Below are positions 14,449 through 15,644 of a DNA stretch of 15,644 bases, in pieces (position 1 is the first letter of the stretch; each line of letters starts with the position of its first letter). A model generated the notes under the pieces. It did not search any database. It worked only from the letters and a program-made list of their open reading frames with translations, and was not told the origin of the DNA. This stretch comes from an uncultured delta proteobacterium (lineage in GTDB: Bacteria > Desulfobacterota > Desulfuromonadia > Desulfuromonadales > BM103): positions 1 through 15,644 of the forward strand of contig CAVQRZ010000037.1 of the NCBI GenBank assembly GCA_963715335.1, read 5' to 3'. Made by a program: the position numbers and the translations under genes.

Positions 14449-14901
14449 AAAATCAAAGATCAAACCGGCGGGTCGCGTCCCGCCAGACGCCATACTTTTG
14501 TCCGGCAACAAAAGTATGCAAAAGTGCCTTCTCCTTGCGGAGGGCATCTCCTTGGCCGGATGTCTGTGACTTCAAGAACCTGCTGTGATGGGGATCCGGC
14601 CCTGTGTCAAAGGGCCTGACCTTTCTGTGTGACTTACAAGGGAAAAGCCAAAACATCCCCTACCGATACAATCTTCCACAAAAGGAGAGGCTCTCAAGAG
14701 CCTCGGCTCCTGCGGGGGAAATGTAGACCCTTGATCGATAAGAACCCTCCGGATTGAGGTTGCCGCCCTGACGAGCCAGACATGCCCAGCGCAGCGCAGG
14801 CCCTTTTCTGCATACTCTTTTAGGCCAGTAAAAGAGTATGGCGCCGTCGGGGGGCGCGACCCCCGGGTCCTGGTTTTGGTTTTGGTTTTATCTTTGAATT
14901 T
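14449..14901. mobile_element. Non-coding structured element with diverged, hairpin-bearing inverted ends (MITE/REPIN-like or large structured RNA)
   Basis: The left arm 14449-14529 aligns to the reverse complement of 14798-14901. Each arm has a 6-bp GC hairpin and an 11-12-bp catact...agtatg hairpin. No credible ORF. Mobility is inferred. Confidence 0.65.
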
Positions 14902-14910
14902 CAGGGGGAC

Positions 14911-14948
14911 AAAAACAACAAGGGCAACAGATTAACCATCTGTTGCCC
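14911..14948 (-). terminator. Intrinsic terminator of the DHH-family gene
   Basis: gggcaacagat-taacc-atctgttgccc (11-bp stem, 14922-14948), followed on the minus strand by ttgttgttttt. It begins 13 nt after the stop codon. Confidence 0.8.
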
Positions 14949-14961
14949 GTTGAACAATCTA

Positions 14962-15644
14962 CTAACTATTCGATTTAATAAACTCAATCATCTCATCGAG
15001 AACGTTTTCCGCCTGTTCATACGGAACCTGGCACGTACCGACGACTTTGTGCCCGCCCCCACCGTATTTGAGCATCAGTGAACCGACATCGGCTGTCGCC
15101 GTCCGGTTGATGACACTGTGACCGACAGAAATGGAAACGAATCCCCTGTTTTTCCCGTCCATCATACGGATCGAGATATTGGCTTCAGGGTAAAGGGAAT
15201 AAACCAGGAAACGATTAGAGGGGGGAGCCATGCCGATGATACGAAAATCCGAAATGACGATCGGTCCGTCTGTCCAGGAACAGTTCTTATAGAAAGTTTT
15301 GGCCTTTTCAGTATTCTCGAAGTACAGCTCTGTGCGCTCAACAGTGTCCGGATCAGCCATGATCTCGTCAATGGTCATGGTCCTGATCATCTCGACCAGG
15401 TTAAGACAGTATTCAAGGTTGCTGATCCTGAAGTGCTGGTAGTAACCAAGGCCGGTCCTTGGGTCAGCGAGAAAGCCGAGCAGGACCCAGCCGGCCGGAT
15501 CAAGAATCTCTGCCTCGGTCAGTTGCGCCGAATCGATCTTGTCAACCTGCTCAAGGAGTTCATCAAACCTGGCAAACTTTGCTGCACCGTAGTAGTCACT
15601 GATAACGCGCGCCGTGCTCGGCGCCGATTTGCTCAGCCCTTCAT
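14962..15644 (-). CDS. DHH/DHHA1-family phosphoesterase ('exopolyphosphatase-like', NrnA-related), 5'-partial
   Basis: The frame is open to the window edge: APSTARVISDYYG, VDKIDSAQL, GWVLLGFLADPRTGLG, NRFLVYSLYPE, YGGGGHKVVGTCQV. Confidence 0.85.
   Translation of the reverse strand, partial: EGLSKSAPSTARVISDYYGAAKFARFDELLEQVDKIDSAQLTEAEILDPAGWVLLGFLADPRTGLGYYQHFRISNLEYCLNLVEMIRTMTIDEIMADPDTVERTELYFENTEKAKTFYKNCSWTDGPIVISDFRIIGMAPPSNRFLVYSLYPEANISIRMMDGKNRGFVSISVGHSVINRTATADVGSLMLKYGGGGHKVVGTCQVPYEQAENVLDEMIEFIKSNS

Noticed and set aside
14281..14656. Short ORFs 14281-14547 and 14453-14656 as a transposase or cargo gene
   Set aside because: They have no HUH, DDE or other motifs and simply read through the hairpin arms.

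Overview
This is a gene-dense, GC-rich bacterial chromosomal window. Gene content and order suggest Desulfuromonadales/Geobacterales (inference). Left: a heme-copper oxidase operon, sco-coxA-coxC-coxD-coxB-ctaB, with an A2-type subunit I and a subunit II carrying two duplicated heme-c domains. Middle: an ArfB-like GGQ factor, an ACT-domain protein coupled to peptide deformylase, an alpha/beta hydrolase, a TraR/DksA zinc-finger protein and a SAM methyltransferase. Right: an exported M1 metallopeptidase coupled to a ChaN-family protein, an Sfp-type PPTase, an exported tandem rhodanese and the 3' part of a DHH/DHHA1-family gene. The most unusual signals are non-coding: (i) a ~453-bp element (14449-14901) whose diverged inverted ends each keep two hairpins through compensatory changes; (ii) three octamer-based inverted-repeat elements, two of them inside the cox operon; (iii) three GG/CC-phased heptamer arrays. 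I saw no rRNA, tRNA, CRISPR array or transposase. All family calls come from motif recognition, not database searches.
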